64,000 nt of DNA from a virus (IMGVR_UViG_2645727839_000001:51469-115468), one strand, 5' to 3'; counted from the first letter of the stretch, positions 48,919 to 59,039 are shown. Made by a program: numbers and translations. The notes: generated by a model from the sequence alone, not told the origin.

Positions 48919-50253
48919 TTAAACCTCTTCCTTTTGGTACAAAGCTAACTTCAACCATTGACCGCTGTGGTTGCCAAAAATCACCTCATCTTCTTTGTAG
49001 TCATGAGGGTATTTCTCGGTCATTCGGTCGATAACCCTTGAGATGATGTAATCAAAATCGGCATACAAATGAACCATGCCGTTTTCATACGCAAGATTCA
49101 TCTTAGATGCATCAATATAATTATCATCCCACTCAACAGTCTTGTAGCTGATATCTTCCCTAAGCTTTACAGAAGCATCAGAAACGATCTTCTCTGTTAC
49201 TTCGAACGAATACCCATCTACACACCAGTTGTCTTCTCTGAGAGCTTTACAGATAGTTTCAATCTCACTGGCAGAGTCAATGATAGACGGCACACCAAAT
49301 TGCTTGTCTAGATACTTGTAACCCATCGAGTTCATTTCTGAACCAACAAGGTCTTCTAACGTATTCAGCCAAAACTTAGCTCGCTTAATCTTGTCACCGC
49401 CAACTGGGATGAAGTTAATCGAGTTAAGGCGGTCATTTAGAATATCCGGGTACCTTGCTCTAAGGGCTTCTTCAAACTCCTGCTCATCTTCTTCCAAAAT
49501 ATAGAAGTTGATATGAGTAGTTGGTGCAGCCGTTAGAACGTTACCCAGATGCTCTTCAATGCTGATACCACTTAAGCAATGAGAGTAAGCTGATACCGTG
49601 TTCCAGTTCTTCATACCAGATGTATAGTGATCGCTAATCACTTTGAAAGCAGACGGTGTTGTGTCGTAAGGGCTGATCGCTTTGAACGCTAGAGACAGGT
49701 ATTCCAACTCTTGCAGCGTCATGCCTGAGCTTGGCTCCATCATAAAGAGTTTAGCTAGGTCGGTATTAGGTCGGTCAGAACTAAGAACAACCTCTTTACG
49801 AACGGCTTCTCGAGCTTTCAATAGAGCGGCAGACAGTTGCAACACTTTCTCTAGGTGCATCTTAAGCATCCAAGCGATTTGATGGGTAACCCAAACATGC
49901 TCATCGCTGGTGGACTCAATAACTAGAACCACATTTTTGTTTTCTAGGATATGTCCCTCTTGCTCACAGTAGATGCGAACAGGTGGTAAACCATCGAGAT
50001 CGTTTAAAATGCCCTGCCAATCAGCCTTGATAAGATTCAAGCCACCTTTGAAACGTTGCATTGCATCTTCTAGATCATCAAACGTAATGCCTTGCAGATA
50101 CTCGTTAAGAAATGGAATGACACCCATCAGAACCGCATCATCTTCCGACTCTAGTGAGAAACGTACCTGCATACCTTTAACATGCTTGTTCAAAACAAGA
50201 GGTGCTGAAAGACGACGGCTCGAGCTTGAAAAGATTAGATTACTATTCGGCAT
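48919..50253 (-). CDS. highly divergent NAMPT-like protein (paralogue 3)
   Basis: GV..FL.EYL..IT..D..DA, W..IL...DGLPPVRI...EG, N.MGYKYL. Confidence 0.7.
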   Translation of the reverse strand: MPNSNLIFSSSSRRLSAPLVLNKHVKGMQVRFSLESEDDAVLMGVIPFLNEYLQGITFDDLEDAMQRFKGGLNLIKADWQGILNDLDGLPPVRIYCEQEGHILENKNVVLVIESTSDEHVWVTHQIAWMLKMHLEKVLQLSAALLKAREAVRKEVVLSSDRPNTDLAKLFMMEPSSGMTLQELEYLSLAFKAISPYDTTPSAFKVISDHYTSGMKNWNTVSAYSHCLSGISIEEHLGNVLTAAPTTHINFYILEEDEQEFEEALRARYPDILNDRLNSINFIPVGGDKIKRAKFWLNTLEDLVGSEMNSMGYKYLDKQFGVPSIIDSASEIETICKALREDNWCVDGYSFEVTEKIVSDASVKLREDISYKTVEWDDNYIDASKMNLAYENGMVHLYADFDYIISRVIDRMTEKYPHDYKEDEVIFGNHSGQWLKLALYQKEEV

Positions 50254-51073
50254 CGTAAGCCTCCAATTTAGCCTTAATCACACCTGAGTTTCGGATGTAA
50301 TGTTTCTCGACGTGCTTCTTAAGACGGTGAACGTCATTCGCGATACCGGTTTCTTCTTCCAAGTACGGAATGAACTCGTTCATAAAGTCCAATTTGTTGC
50401 CATCTAAGGTCACACTATCGAACGCATCGCAGTATTCCTGCAACATGGCCACTAAACGAATACTTGGAGTTTCAAACGGTGACGGAATTTGAGTAGTCAT
50501 ACCTAGAGCGTGATACGCGCCTTTCTTTCTCATGCAAGAGAAACAGCTACCACAACCAAATTCACCATGTAGTTTGCTACGGCAAGTATGGCTACGTGTA
50601 AGCTCACCCAAATTCATAGCCAAAGACTTAGCTCGTTTGATCACGTCAATTTTCCCATAGCCCTTTTCTGCTAGAGGGAAGCTTAAGATATCGCGCTCAA
50701 ATCGCTCGTTGAACTCATACGCCCAACCTAGCGTGTTGTCTTCAAACAAAGCAGAGTCTGTCATCAATACACCCATGACAATCTTATCTGCTTGGTAGTG
50801 ACGCATTACGTCATACAAGATCCCTTCATACATGAACGGGAACAAATCAACGCCCTCAACATCACGCTTAGGTAGGATATTTCCATAGCCTTTAAAGTCT
50901 CGACGCTGAATTCGTTCTGGTAAGGCTGCATACTCAGCTTCGCTAAATGGCAAACCCAAGTCATACCAAACTGGAATGATCTCTTCGTTCTGGTACTCAA
51001 GCTCTGTCAGCTTAAGTGCTAGTAAGCTATCCATGCCGCTTACCAGTACTACAATTTTCTTTTTAGACATCAA
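50243..51073 (-). CDS. QueC-like PP-loop ATPase, degenerate (paralogue B)
   Basis: IVVLVSGMDS (one Gly missing), TC..CGSCFSCMRK Zn site. Confidence 0.8.
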   Translation of the reverse strand: MMSKKKIVVLVSGMDSLLALKLTELEYQNEEIIPVWYDLGLPFSEAEYAALPERIQRRDFKGYGNILPKRDVEGVDLFPFMYEGILYDVMRHYQADKIVMGVLMTDSALFEDNTLGWAYEFNERFERDILSFPLAEKGYGKIDVIKRAKSLAMNLGELTRSHTCRSKLHGEFGCGSCFSCMRKKGAYHALGMTTQIPSPFETPSIRLVAMLQEYCDAFDSVTLDGNKLDFMNEFIPYLEEETGIANDVHRLKKHVEKHYIRNSGVIKAKLEAYDAE

Positions 51074-51869
51074 CTAATCCCTCTAGTGACAAATCGTTTG
51101 CACGTTCCTTTAGCAACTCAAGTACCCGCTCTGGCTCATCACAACCAAAGTAAGACTCAACGCCGCGGCAAACCACATCGTTCTGAGCCCTTTCCGTTCC
51201 CTCGAATCGAATAGCGGAGTAATCCATAGATAGTTGCTCAACTATCTCATAACAATTCATTGGGTTTGTCTCATCAAAGTCTTTTAGACCAATGGCAGAG
51301 AAGACAGCCCAACGCTTAATACAAACATGGCACTTGCCGCATTTCTTGTGTTCGTGGTGCATACAGCTTGAAGAGTCTTTCAACTCTTCAACTGTCATAC
51401 CATTATCGATAGCCCACTTTGCAGCTTTCAACTTATCAAAGCCGATAGCCTCAAGTGGTGCTTCTACCTCGACTCGCTTGCCAGTTGGCGACACGATGCT
51501 TAATAAATGGTTAAGGCGGTAATAGAACTCATAGCTTTGATCTAAGTACGAGTTCATTTCGCCATATAGAAGACCCAAGAAGATGCGATCTGGGTTCTCC
51601 TGAATCATTGCTTGAGCAATCATGGCAAAGTCTCGACCCGGTAGGTGGGCTTCATCCGATTCTGACACCAAGTAAGGCTCGTTCGGGTTAAGCCATTCGA
51701 ATTTTCGAATGACTGTTCCCTTTGGCAATGATTGACGCTCTTTAAACTCAAACGGATGCCCGTAGTCATAGTGAAGCAGAACAACCTCTGCCTCTGGGTA
51801 GTTAACTTTAGTGAAGTGCGTAAGGATGGTGCTATCCATCCCACCACTAACGAGAACGACAATCTTCAT
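51063..51869 (-). CDS. QueC-like PP-loop ATPase (paralogue A)
   Basis: VLVSGGMDST, DYG, LPGRD, SC..CGKCHVCIKR; GGAG RBS before MKIVV. Confidence 0.85.
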   Translation of the reverse strand: MKIVVLVSGGMDSTILTHFTKVNYPEAEVVLLHYDYGHPFEFKERQSLPKGTVIRKFEWLNPNEPYLVSESDEAHLPGRDFAMIAQAMIQENPDRIFLGLLYGEMNSYLDQSYEFYYRLNHLLSIVSPTGKRVEVEAPLEAIGFDKLKAAKWAIDNGMTVEELKDSSSCMHHEHKKCGKCHVCIKRWAVFSAIGLKDFDETNPMNCYEIVEQLSMDYSAIRFEGTERAQNDVVCRGVESYFGCDEPERVLELLKERANDLSLEGLVDV

Positions 51870-52962
51870 ATTTGCTCCATTCAATCTGAGAGATGAAAAG
51901 GTTTGGTGATAATGCTGATTCAGGGCATTTGCCATTTGGTCTGCTAGATTCGTCATAGATAACCATTGAGTTCTCACCCAAAGTCACAGCTTCACCTTCT
52001 TCGCCAGAATCTCCCCCGACTTTAAGACTGCCACCTGCGCCACCACCTGCACCACCGACTTTACAAACAGGACTTGTTCCAGAACATGAGGCTTTACCGC
52101 CTGTTTTACCAACCAAACCAAAACCACCACCTGCACCACCTGCACCACCGTAAGGTGTTTTTCCCGTAGGTGAGCCGTTACTGCCATTAGGGATACCTTT
52201 GCCGCCAAAGCCTCCCTGACCAGCATCGTAATCGTATGCACAACCACCTTTAGAACAGCCAGTTGTATGACGGTGAGCGCCACCGCCGCCGCCGCCACCG
52301 CCACCACCACTTACAATAGAGTTAGATCCTTTGACAAATCTGACTGTGGCGTTTGTGCCGCCATGAACACCGCCACCGCCTTTACCTCCGCCGCCTCCAT
52401 TCTTAGGGTTCTTAGGGGTGTTGCCATCAAAACCTCCGCCTCCGCCTCCATTACCACCACGACCGATGATTCGGGCACCAGATGACAATTTGATTTTGAC
52501 ACTGGTTTTACCACCGCTAGGCATATTACCCACGGCAAAGGCATAGCTACTCGTTGATGCAGAGCCAATCCGAGCATTAGTGGCCACAGTCACCACAACG
52601 TTTCGAACGTGGTGCTTCTTGATTGACTTCAAGTGAGCTTCTAGGTTGAAGTTGTTACGGGTAGTAATGCTCACAAAGATTGTATTAGAAACCCCATAGA
52701 ATCGAGAGAATGGATAAGGGTTGCCCGGACAAGGCTTACCCGTGTTATCCGCTTCAATCTTACAAAGAATGCCTTTCACATCGCTGATCTTGTTTGGTCG
52801 AGCATCTTCAAACTCTTTACCAATCTGAGCTAGTGTGATTTTTCCCGAGCCCGGTAGCTTGTAATCATCTGGCTTCTGTTTAGGGGCGTTAATATCCACC
52901 CCATCGACAATCTCTTTATTTGTTCCATCTTGGTTAGGAATTAAAATTGGTGCTTTGCTCAT
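51847..52962 (-). CDS. glycine-rich receptor-binding adhesin (gp38-like)
   Basis: IIGRGGNGG, IVSGGGGGGGG polyglycine motifs; directly after S74-bearing fibre. Confidence 0.75.
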   Translation of the reverse strand: MSKAPILIPNQDGTNKEIVDGVDINAPKQKPDDYKLPGSGKITLAQIGKEFEDARPNKISDVKGILCKIEADNTGKPCPGNPYPFSRFYGVSNTIFVSITTRNNFNLEAHLKSIKKHHVRNVVVTVATNARIGSASTSSYAFAVGNMPSGGKTSVKIKLSSGARIIGRGGNGGGGGGFDGNTPKNPKNGGGGGKGGGGVHGGTNATVRFVKGSNSIVSGGGGGGGGGGAHRHTTGCSKGGCAYDYDAGQGGFGGKGIPNGSNGSPTGKTPYGGAGGAGGGFGLVGKTGGKASCSGTSPVCKVGGAGGGAGGSLKVGGDSGEEGEAVTLGENSMVIYDESSRPNGKCPESALSPNLFISQIEWSKYEDCRSR

Positions 52963-55900
52963 GCCGCAACCCTCCCTTTAAGCTCTTCCACTTCTTGCTT
53001 AAGTTCTTTGATTGCTTCGATAAGCAGACCAACCATGTTCCCGTAGGCAACTGACAAGTGACCATCTTCACCTGCAACCACTACTGCTTCTGGCAATACC
53101 GCTTGTACCTCTTGAGCAATAACACCGGTTTGACGAAGCGGGTTTCCATCTTCACCTTTGACATCAATACGATCAAACGTGTAACCGCCAAGTTTCTCAA
53201 CTTTAGCTAGAGCATTATCAATAACTTCAATATTGGTCTTAACTCGTTTGTCCGAATAAGCAGTTACGTTACCTGCCGTCCAAACACCATCACCAATAGC
53301 ACTCTTCGGCACACCATTGGCACACCACACAGCCTGATGACCACCAGCCATCGTACCGCCTGTGGTATTAGTTGTGTGCTTATAACCAAAACCATATAGC
53401 TTGCCGAAATTTGCCCCTGTGGAGTCACCCGGATATGCGGTACCCATTGTCCAAATTACATCGGTCTTTTTGGAATCGTATGTACCACATAAGCCTTTGG
53501 CTCGATTTGTTGAAACTAGGTTGTCACTGAAGCTGCCACCATTTTTACCCATAGCCCCAACTTCACCGTAAGTCGGCTTATGACCCTCGTGGTAAACTTC
53601 GTGCCCCCCTGAAATATCCGCGCTCGTAGCAAACTTAAGTTTCACCCCTGCATCGATACCTAAGTACCTAGATGCTGTGCCTTTGAATTGAATACCAATA
53701 TTTGACTGACCATCTCGAGCCAAAATTAGAGGTGTTGCAGTTGATTTACCAAACGTACCAGTGCCTTTACCTGTAACAGCGCCCGTAACATTTACGCTAC
53801 CGCCTCCAAACTTGTTAGCCCATGCTTCTTTAAACCACCACGTTGAGTTACCAATCTGAGAAGTAGCTGCGCCGCCAGTGCCTTGAGTATGAGGAAGAAA
53901 ACCTGTGGTAGTAGAACCAGCTTGAAGCCACTTATTTCCACCAACTCTTAGGTAGCTATCTGCCACTTTGACATAGTTGTTACCGCCCACGACTGACCAA
54001 GAAGGTTTAAATCCCTCATGGTAGATACGTTGGAACTTCTTATCTTTCCAGTTGTACGAGGTGATGTCACCGGTCTCTGTCTCAAGAACGGTTTGAGTAA
54101 TTTTTGGGTTACCCAAATAAACACGTCGAGTTAGAGGGTTGCCAGAGCCAGGCGGTTTTGTTGGGTCTTTCCCTTCGTTTACACCTGCTACCACCTGACG
54201 AGAGCCACCACCCTGACCCGGACCACCCGGAGGGATGTCATTAGGCAAATTCGTAGAGTAGAAACCTCGGTGTGTAAATACCTTGTCACCTTCAATAGTG
54301 CCGGATACATCTACATTGCTGCCGTAGTAATTCACCACAAAAGCTTTGCCGAATCGCCAACTATCAGTACCAATACTTGAGTTGCCTGTATCTGTGGCTT
54401 TAGATTCGAAAGGTAAGATGCCTAGAGATTTAGACGCAACGCGCAACCAACGAGTTTTTACGAGCGTGTGTCCACCTGACTCACTAAACCAATTTTCACC
54501 ACCTACATCTTTCCAAGTTGGTTTATGCAAGCTTGTATAGATAAGGGCGTTCTTCCACGCTGCTGTGTTTATTTTTGTAGCAAAACGCAGCTCTGTTGGC
54601 TTGGAGTGCTCAACATAGATTGAATGGAAGTAGCTAGAGCCGCCACCCTCATGACCCCAGTGGATAGCATCAGAGTATTTGTTTGGCTGTGGGTCATTTG
54701 CACCTTGAGGCGCACTTGATACCCATAGGCGACTTTTGTTTTTAGTAGCCCATGCACGATTTGTAATGTTGTTTAGGTCGTCGGCTAGTGCCGAGTTAAC
54801 GGCCTTGCCACCAGCTGGTAACACTTTTAGCTCTGCGGCAGTTGGTTTGTGACCTTCGTGATAAACCTCTAGGTCTTTGCTGTTCACATTAAAGATGAGC
54901 TTTTTGTTGATACGTAAGTAACCCTCCCAAGATGTATCTTTAAGAGAGAAACCAATAAACGCACCATCAGCGGATTGACGAAATACAGCTCGTTTTTCCC
55001 CTGCTAAAGCAACAAACTCTTTACCAGTGCCCGTAGCATTATTGATAACAATGTCTGCATCAGTCGATAATCGACCTGTCATCTTATCGCCAGCTTCATT
55101 TAGATAGCGGTCATCAAAGTTCTTTTGGGTCCAGTTTGGAAGATTGCTGATCTTAAGCGCAGCTCTCATTGTGCCGATTGAGATAGGACGAGCTTGGTTG
55201 TCTGAACCTGCACCAACTTCTTTTTGAGCTAAGAAGAAAAGTACGTCATTAACCTTGTGCTCACCTGCGTTAGTTCGAAAGTATCGACTTACCGCGTCAC
55301 CGCCACTGTCACGTAAGAGAAGTGTATTTTTAACAGCTCCCGAATTGGCAGTTTTACCCTGCAACGCGCTTGAGTCATCAGCTTTACCATGAAGAGGCAA
55401 AAACTGAGCTGCGGCTTCTGATTTAAGGATAAGACCACCCGGCCCTGCATTAGCTTCACGCATCAGAGTCGGTAGAATACCTTTGTGGTACACATGGAAA
55501 TCAGTGCCATCGCCACTTCGAAACTTAAGACCATCATTCGCTTTGGCCATCATCACGACAGTCGAGTTGATATCGCCAATGACAGAGTTCTTGTAAGCCC
55601 CTTTAGCGTCAGCTTCCCAACCTACAATTTTAATGTCTGGGTTTGTACCCTGACCTTTCTTCGTAATAGAAGCGTCTTTCGATAACTGAACGTTACCAGT
55701 GAACTCGCCACCGGTTTTTAAAACGCCTCCCATATCGACTACGTTTTCAGATCGAGTCCATCGATCATCTAGCTCTTTTCTCAAGCCAAATACGTGCTCG
55801 ATTTTTAGCTTATCAAGCATGTCTTTGTTGGCGTCGATCATGTCGATAATTTCTTGGAGCTTTTCAACTACCTCATCTGGGTCGCCAACAACTTCAAGCC

Positions 55901-56360
55901 ATGTATCAAAATCATCACGTAGTTTTTTAGTTAAAGCCGCAGACCAAGCTTTGCTAGCATCACCGTTCTTACGATCATTGGTAATGTTGTCTTTGAAGAT
56001 AACATCTGTCGCAGGACGACCATTTACCTCAACAACGTCTACAGCAGGTGTGTTGATACCCAAGTAAGACTTGTCGTGGTTGTGGGTGCGGATTCGAGTA
56101 TCTACATATTCTTGGTTAGTTGCAGTTTTGGTTGGATCGATAATCATCTGCCAATTGGCAGCAGAGCCCACTTGGAGTAGGTAAAGTTTGTTTTCTACCG
56201 TTGAATAGAAAAACTGACCGGGTGCCACCAGCTCTTGGCTTTTAGGGTCTGGGAATTTGGAACCGCTGTTTGACGAAAGTACGGTATGCAAAGAGTTATT
56301 AATCTTCGCAAGACTTTCATAGATGGTGTCTGTGTCTTTAATTACGCTGAAGTGTTGCAT
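52959..56360 (-). CDS. long tail fibre with C-terminal peptidase S74 chaperone
   Basis: VYHEGHKPT repeats; YSDKRVKTNI..GVIAQEV..V.Y..MVGLLIEAIKEL. Confidence 0.9.
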   Translation of the reverse strand: MQHFSVIKDTDTIYESLAKINNSLHTVLSSNSGSKFPDPKSQELVAPGQFFYSTVENKLYLLQVGSAANWQMIIDPTKTATNQEYVDTRIRTHNHDKSYLGINTPAVDVVEVNGRPATDVIFKDNITNDRKNGDASKAWSAALTKKLRDDFDTWLEVVGDPDEVVEKLQEIIDMIDANKDMLDKLKIEHVFGLRKELDDRWTRSENVVDMGGVLKTGGEFTGNVQLSKDASITKKGQGTNPDIKIVGWEADAKGAYKNSVIGDINSTVVMMAKANDGLKFRSGDGTDFHVYHKGILPTLMREANAGPGGLILKSEAAAQFLPLHGKADDSSALQGKTANSGAVKNTLLLRDSGGDAVSRYFRTNAGEHKVNDVLFFLAQKEVGAGSDNQARPISIGTMRAALKISNLPNWTQKNFDDRYLNEAGDKMTGRLSTDADIVINNATGTGKEFVALAGEKRAVFRQSADGAFIGFSLKDTSWEGYLRINKKLIFNVNSKDLEVYHEGHKPTAAELKVLPAGGKAVNSALADDLNNITNRAWATKNKSRLWVSSAPQGANDPQPNKYSDAIHWGHEGGGSSYFHSIYVEHSKPTELRFATKINTAAWKNALIYTSLHKPTWKDVGGENWFSESGGHTLVKTRWLRVASKSLGILPFESKATDTGNSSIGTDSWRFGKAFVVNYYGSNVDVSGTIEGDKVFTHRGFYSTNLPNDIPPGGPGQGGGSRQVVAGVNEGKDPTKPPGSGNPLTRRVYLGNPKITQTVLETETGDITSYNWKDKKFQRIYHEGFKPSWSVVGGNNYVKVADSYLRVGGNKWLQAGSTTTGFLPHTQGTGGAATSQIGNSTWWFKEAWANKFGGGSVNVTGAVTGKGTGTFGKSTATPLILARDGQSNIGIQFKGTASRYLGIDAGVKLKFATSADISGGHEVYHEGHKPTYGEVGAMGKNGGSFSDNLVSTNRAKGLCGTYDSKKTDVIWTMGTAYPGDSTGANFGKLYGFGYKHTTNTTGGTMAGGHQAVWCANGVPKSAIGDGVWTAGNVTAYSDKRVKTNIEVIDNALAKVEKLGGYTFDRIDVKGEDGNPLRQTGVIAQEVQAVLPEAVVVAGEDGHLSVAYGNMVGLLIEAIKELKQEVEELKGRVAA

Positions 56361-57180
56361 ACGTCTCCAATGCCTCTAATCGCTCGTTCAGGTTTTTAAC
56401 TGCCTCAACCAGCAATCCAGAGAGATTCCCGTATGCGACAGAAAGGTAGCCTTCACTATCAACTCGCACTGCCTCTGGGACGCTTCTTAGAACGTCTTGA
56501 GCCACCAAACCAATGGAATGGGTGTCCGAGTCTTTGTATAGGAAAGTCACGCCTCTCAATTCCTTTAGTCGCTCAAAGGTATTCTTGATTGGAGTAATAT
56601 CTGTTTTTAACCGCTTATCAGAGTAAGCAGTAACGTCGCCATCTGAGACGACCGATTTTGCGCTCAGTGTTGCCACTGAGAAGTTTTGGTTCTTGTTACC
56701 AGCTAATAAAGCTCGAGCTGAAATGCCACTAGTATTCGTAGTGACTCTTCCATCAATGAGCTTAACAACCTCATTCAAATCTCGAACGGCTTTGGAGCTG
56801 GCAATTGAACTCGAGCTGTTATCCGAGTAGCTATCGCTAATCTTGTTCGGTAGCGTCCCTAGGCCGACATCAGCTTTCGTCGTAGACCTTGCTCGAAGAG
56901 ACGTGTAATCCCCGTCTTTAAGAGCGAAGTTTCCATCAACATAAGACTTAGGCACATAGCTCTGATTCAAGTCAGCAATCAAAGTCCAAGTGCCTGGCAA
57001 TGCCTTAAGTTGATACAGCTTCTTTTGGTCTTCTCGATAACAAAGCATCCCTACTGCGTTATAGCCACTAGGGAAAACCGTACCTGCACTGCAGGAGATG
57101 GCGGTTAAATCGTTATTGAGAAGCGGTTCACGACTGTCAGTTAAGGTGTCGGAGGGAGCAACGGGTGTAAAATCTTGCAT
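56338..57180 (-). CDS. short tail fibre with peptidase S74 chaperone
   Basis: YSDKRLKTDI..GLVAQDV; N-terminus paralogous to the long fibre. Confidence 0.85.
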   Translation of the reverse strand: MQDFTPVAPSDTLTDSREPLLNNDLTAISCSAGTVFPSGYNAVGMLCYREDQKKLYQLKALPGTWTLIADLNQSYVPKSYVDGNFALKDGDYTSLRARSTTKADVGLGTLPNKISDSYSDNSSSSIASSKAVRDLNEVVKLIDGRVTTNTSGISARALLAGNKNQNFSVATLSAKSVVSDGDVTAYSDKRLKTDITPIKNTFERLKELRGVTFLYKDSDTHSIGLVAQDVLRSVPEAVRVDSEGYLSVAYGNLSGLLVEAVKNLNERLEALETYATLQRN

Positions 57181-57181
57181 A

Positions 57182-58582
57182 TCAATACCCTTGTGCTTTC
57201 CAGTTAACTGTTCCTCCCACAACCGTATTGTTCTCCGGGTTGCGCAGCTCAACATCAAACCCAGTCAAAGTAATAGATTCGACTTTGACCATTGGCACAA
57301 ATGCTGTAGTACCTGCGTTAACCACGACTGAAACTTGCGGTATGGTGTAAAACTGTTTCTTAAAGTTAATGGTGGTTCGACTAGCCGGGATACTCTCAAT
57401 CCCTTTGTCGAAGATATCTGGCAAATCTACTTCTACCCTCAACTGTTCTATGTAAGGTCGAGAACTGTTTTGGGTTGTCATGATCACTTTTAACAATGCT
57501 TCTTGATATTCATAGTCACCAGCCAAGAACGGTTTAAATTCACCGAAGTCTTTAGGGGCTGATTTTATGAATAGCTCATCGAAGTCAGCGTCAGTTAGGG
57601 CGTGCTCGAGCACTCGAAGATCTGAAACCGTCACCCCACCACCTAAAAAAAGCTCATCTAAGATTCTAAGCTTGTCGATAAATGGCTTTGTTGTGGTTTT
57701 AGAAATCGCTTCTTCAACATCTAGGTTCTCATCAAAGTAACGATTGAAAAGAATGGTTGATGCCATACGATCTAAGATACGAAGCTTGTTTTCTTGGAGT
57801 TTGTAGTAGCCCTTAGCGATGGCTTCGGTGATTCCGAATCCACTCTCAATAGCTTTTTCAATTGTTTTGTCAGTCCAATAAATCACACCAAAATCTTCAT
57901 CAAAGGTGCGTCTAAAGTCAGCGACAGTCTTGAAATACCATTCAGGTTTTCCCGTATTCAATTGCAGCGTTCGCCATGACACCTGTAGGAAGTTAAAAAC
58001 AGGATGAGCATCTACTAAGGAGAACTGCTCTTTCTTTTTGAGGAACGTACCAATTGCGGAGCTACTATCTATTGCTACCGACGAATCGAAGTACCGTAAG
58101 AACTCAAGAACTTCCGTATGTTTAGAGGCTATTGAGAACTTCTCAGCCTCAGACTTGGTAAAAGAATGACGACCACGATTAGGAGAGATAGCAAAGTACC
58201 CTTCAAATTCTTTGGCCAAGTTGTTAGCAACACTGTCGTCAACACCAATTCTTTTACTAAGTTCTTTCAAAAGGTGAAAGCTTACGTCGCCTCTATCCTT
58301 GAGACGAAAATAAGCCATCAGCTCTTTTGAGAGGTCTTTTGAAATCTTGACATCCTCTGCCTTTAAAACTTCCCGACAGAACTTGTCTACCGCTCTGCGA
58401 ACGTCAGAATCATCCAAGCCAAACTTTGCGCCTGTAATCGTTGCTGTGAAGTAGATAAGACCAAATTCTGCCCACGGCTTAAGGCGGCAATCATAGGTAT
58501 TCCATTGCCAGCCTTTCCTTCTCATATCTCGCCATGTGTACATTTGACGGATATCTTTATCGACATCGACAGAATAGGTCAT
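57182..58582 (-). CDS. tail/fibre-attachment structural protein
   Basis: position in tail module; C-terminal F...F...P.V...TGF.V..W.AQGY. Confidence 0.7.
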   Translation of the reverse strand: MTYSVDVDKDIRQMYTWRDMRRKGWQWNTYDCRLKPWAEFGLIYFTATITGAKFGLDDSDVRRAVDKFCREVLKAEDVKISKDLSKELMAYFRLKDRGDVSFHLLKELSKRIGVDDSVANNLAKEFEGYFAISPNRGRHSFTKSEAEKFSIASKHTEVLEFLRYFDSSVAIDSSSAIGTFLKKKEQFSLVDAHPVFNFLQVSWRTLQLNTGKPEWYFKTVADFRRTFDEDFGVIYWTDKTIEKAIESGFGITEAIAKGYYKLQENKLRILDRMASTILFNRYFDENLDVEEAISKTTTKPFIDKLRILDELFLGGGVTVSDLRVLEHALTDADFDELFIKSAPKDFGEFKPFLAGDYEYQEALLKVIMTTQNSSRPYIEQLRVEVDLPDIFDKGIESIPASRTTINFKKQFYTIPQVSVVVNAGTTAFVPMVKVESITLTGFDVELRNPENNTVVGGTVNWKAQGY

Positions 58583-58589
58583 GACTCAC

Positions 58590-59039
58590 CTAAGACAGCG
58601 TAAAGCTGAACTGAATAGTAAGGCTGTCATCAATACCTTTGTTGATAACACCAAACACAACACGGTCTAGCATGATGCCGCCCGTATCAGCATTGAATAC
58701 ACCTGCTTCTTGAATCGCATCTTGGCTTTCAGAACCCGGAGGGAACGTAGAGGTAAATGAAAATACCTTTGAACCTGTCTTGTAAGCGTAAGATGCCGGC
58801 AGTCGGTGAACCTCACCAATAAGAGCATCATCACCAGCCGCAGGTGCTTGGCTTTCACGGCCAATAGCAATGTGAGTCATCGCACTAGGGCGAGATTTAG
58901 AGTCGCCAATTGAGTTACAAATAAAGTCGTAACCAACGTCAACAATAAGGTTGTCCTTACGAGTCACCTCAACAGAACCATCTTGTTTTACTAGAGTGGC
59001 AAGCAATGTGCCTTTCATCTGAATTTTGTCATTAATCAT
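58590..59039 (-). CDS. tail structural protein
   Basis: NLIVDVG, HIAIG, EAGVFNA..GG.MLDR motifs typical of tail/baseplate proteins. Confidence 0.7.
   Translation of the reverse strand: MINDKIQMKGTLLATLVKQDGSVEVTRKDNLIVDVGYDFICNSIGDSKSRPSAMTHIAIGRESQAPAAGDDALIGEVHRLPASYAYKTGSKVFSFTSTFPPGSESQDAIQEAGVFNADTGGIMLDRVVFGVINKGIDDSLTIQFSFTLS

Noticed and set aside
42098-50253. Standard NAD salvage or NARP1/NARP2 anti-defence
   Set aside because: No NMNAT or PRPP-synthetase-like partner in the window and nicotinamide-binding residues are altered; kept only as an alternative hypothesis
50243-51869. Canonical 7-deazaguanine DNA modification cluster
   Set aside because: No folE, queD, queE or dpdA in the window, and the context is tail rather than replication; such genes elsewhere in the genome cannot be excluded
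45691-57180. Diversity-generating retroelement or invertible fibre cassette
   Set aside because: No reverse transcriptase, invertase or TR/VR-like duplicated segment seen
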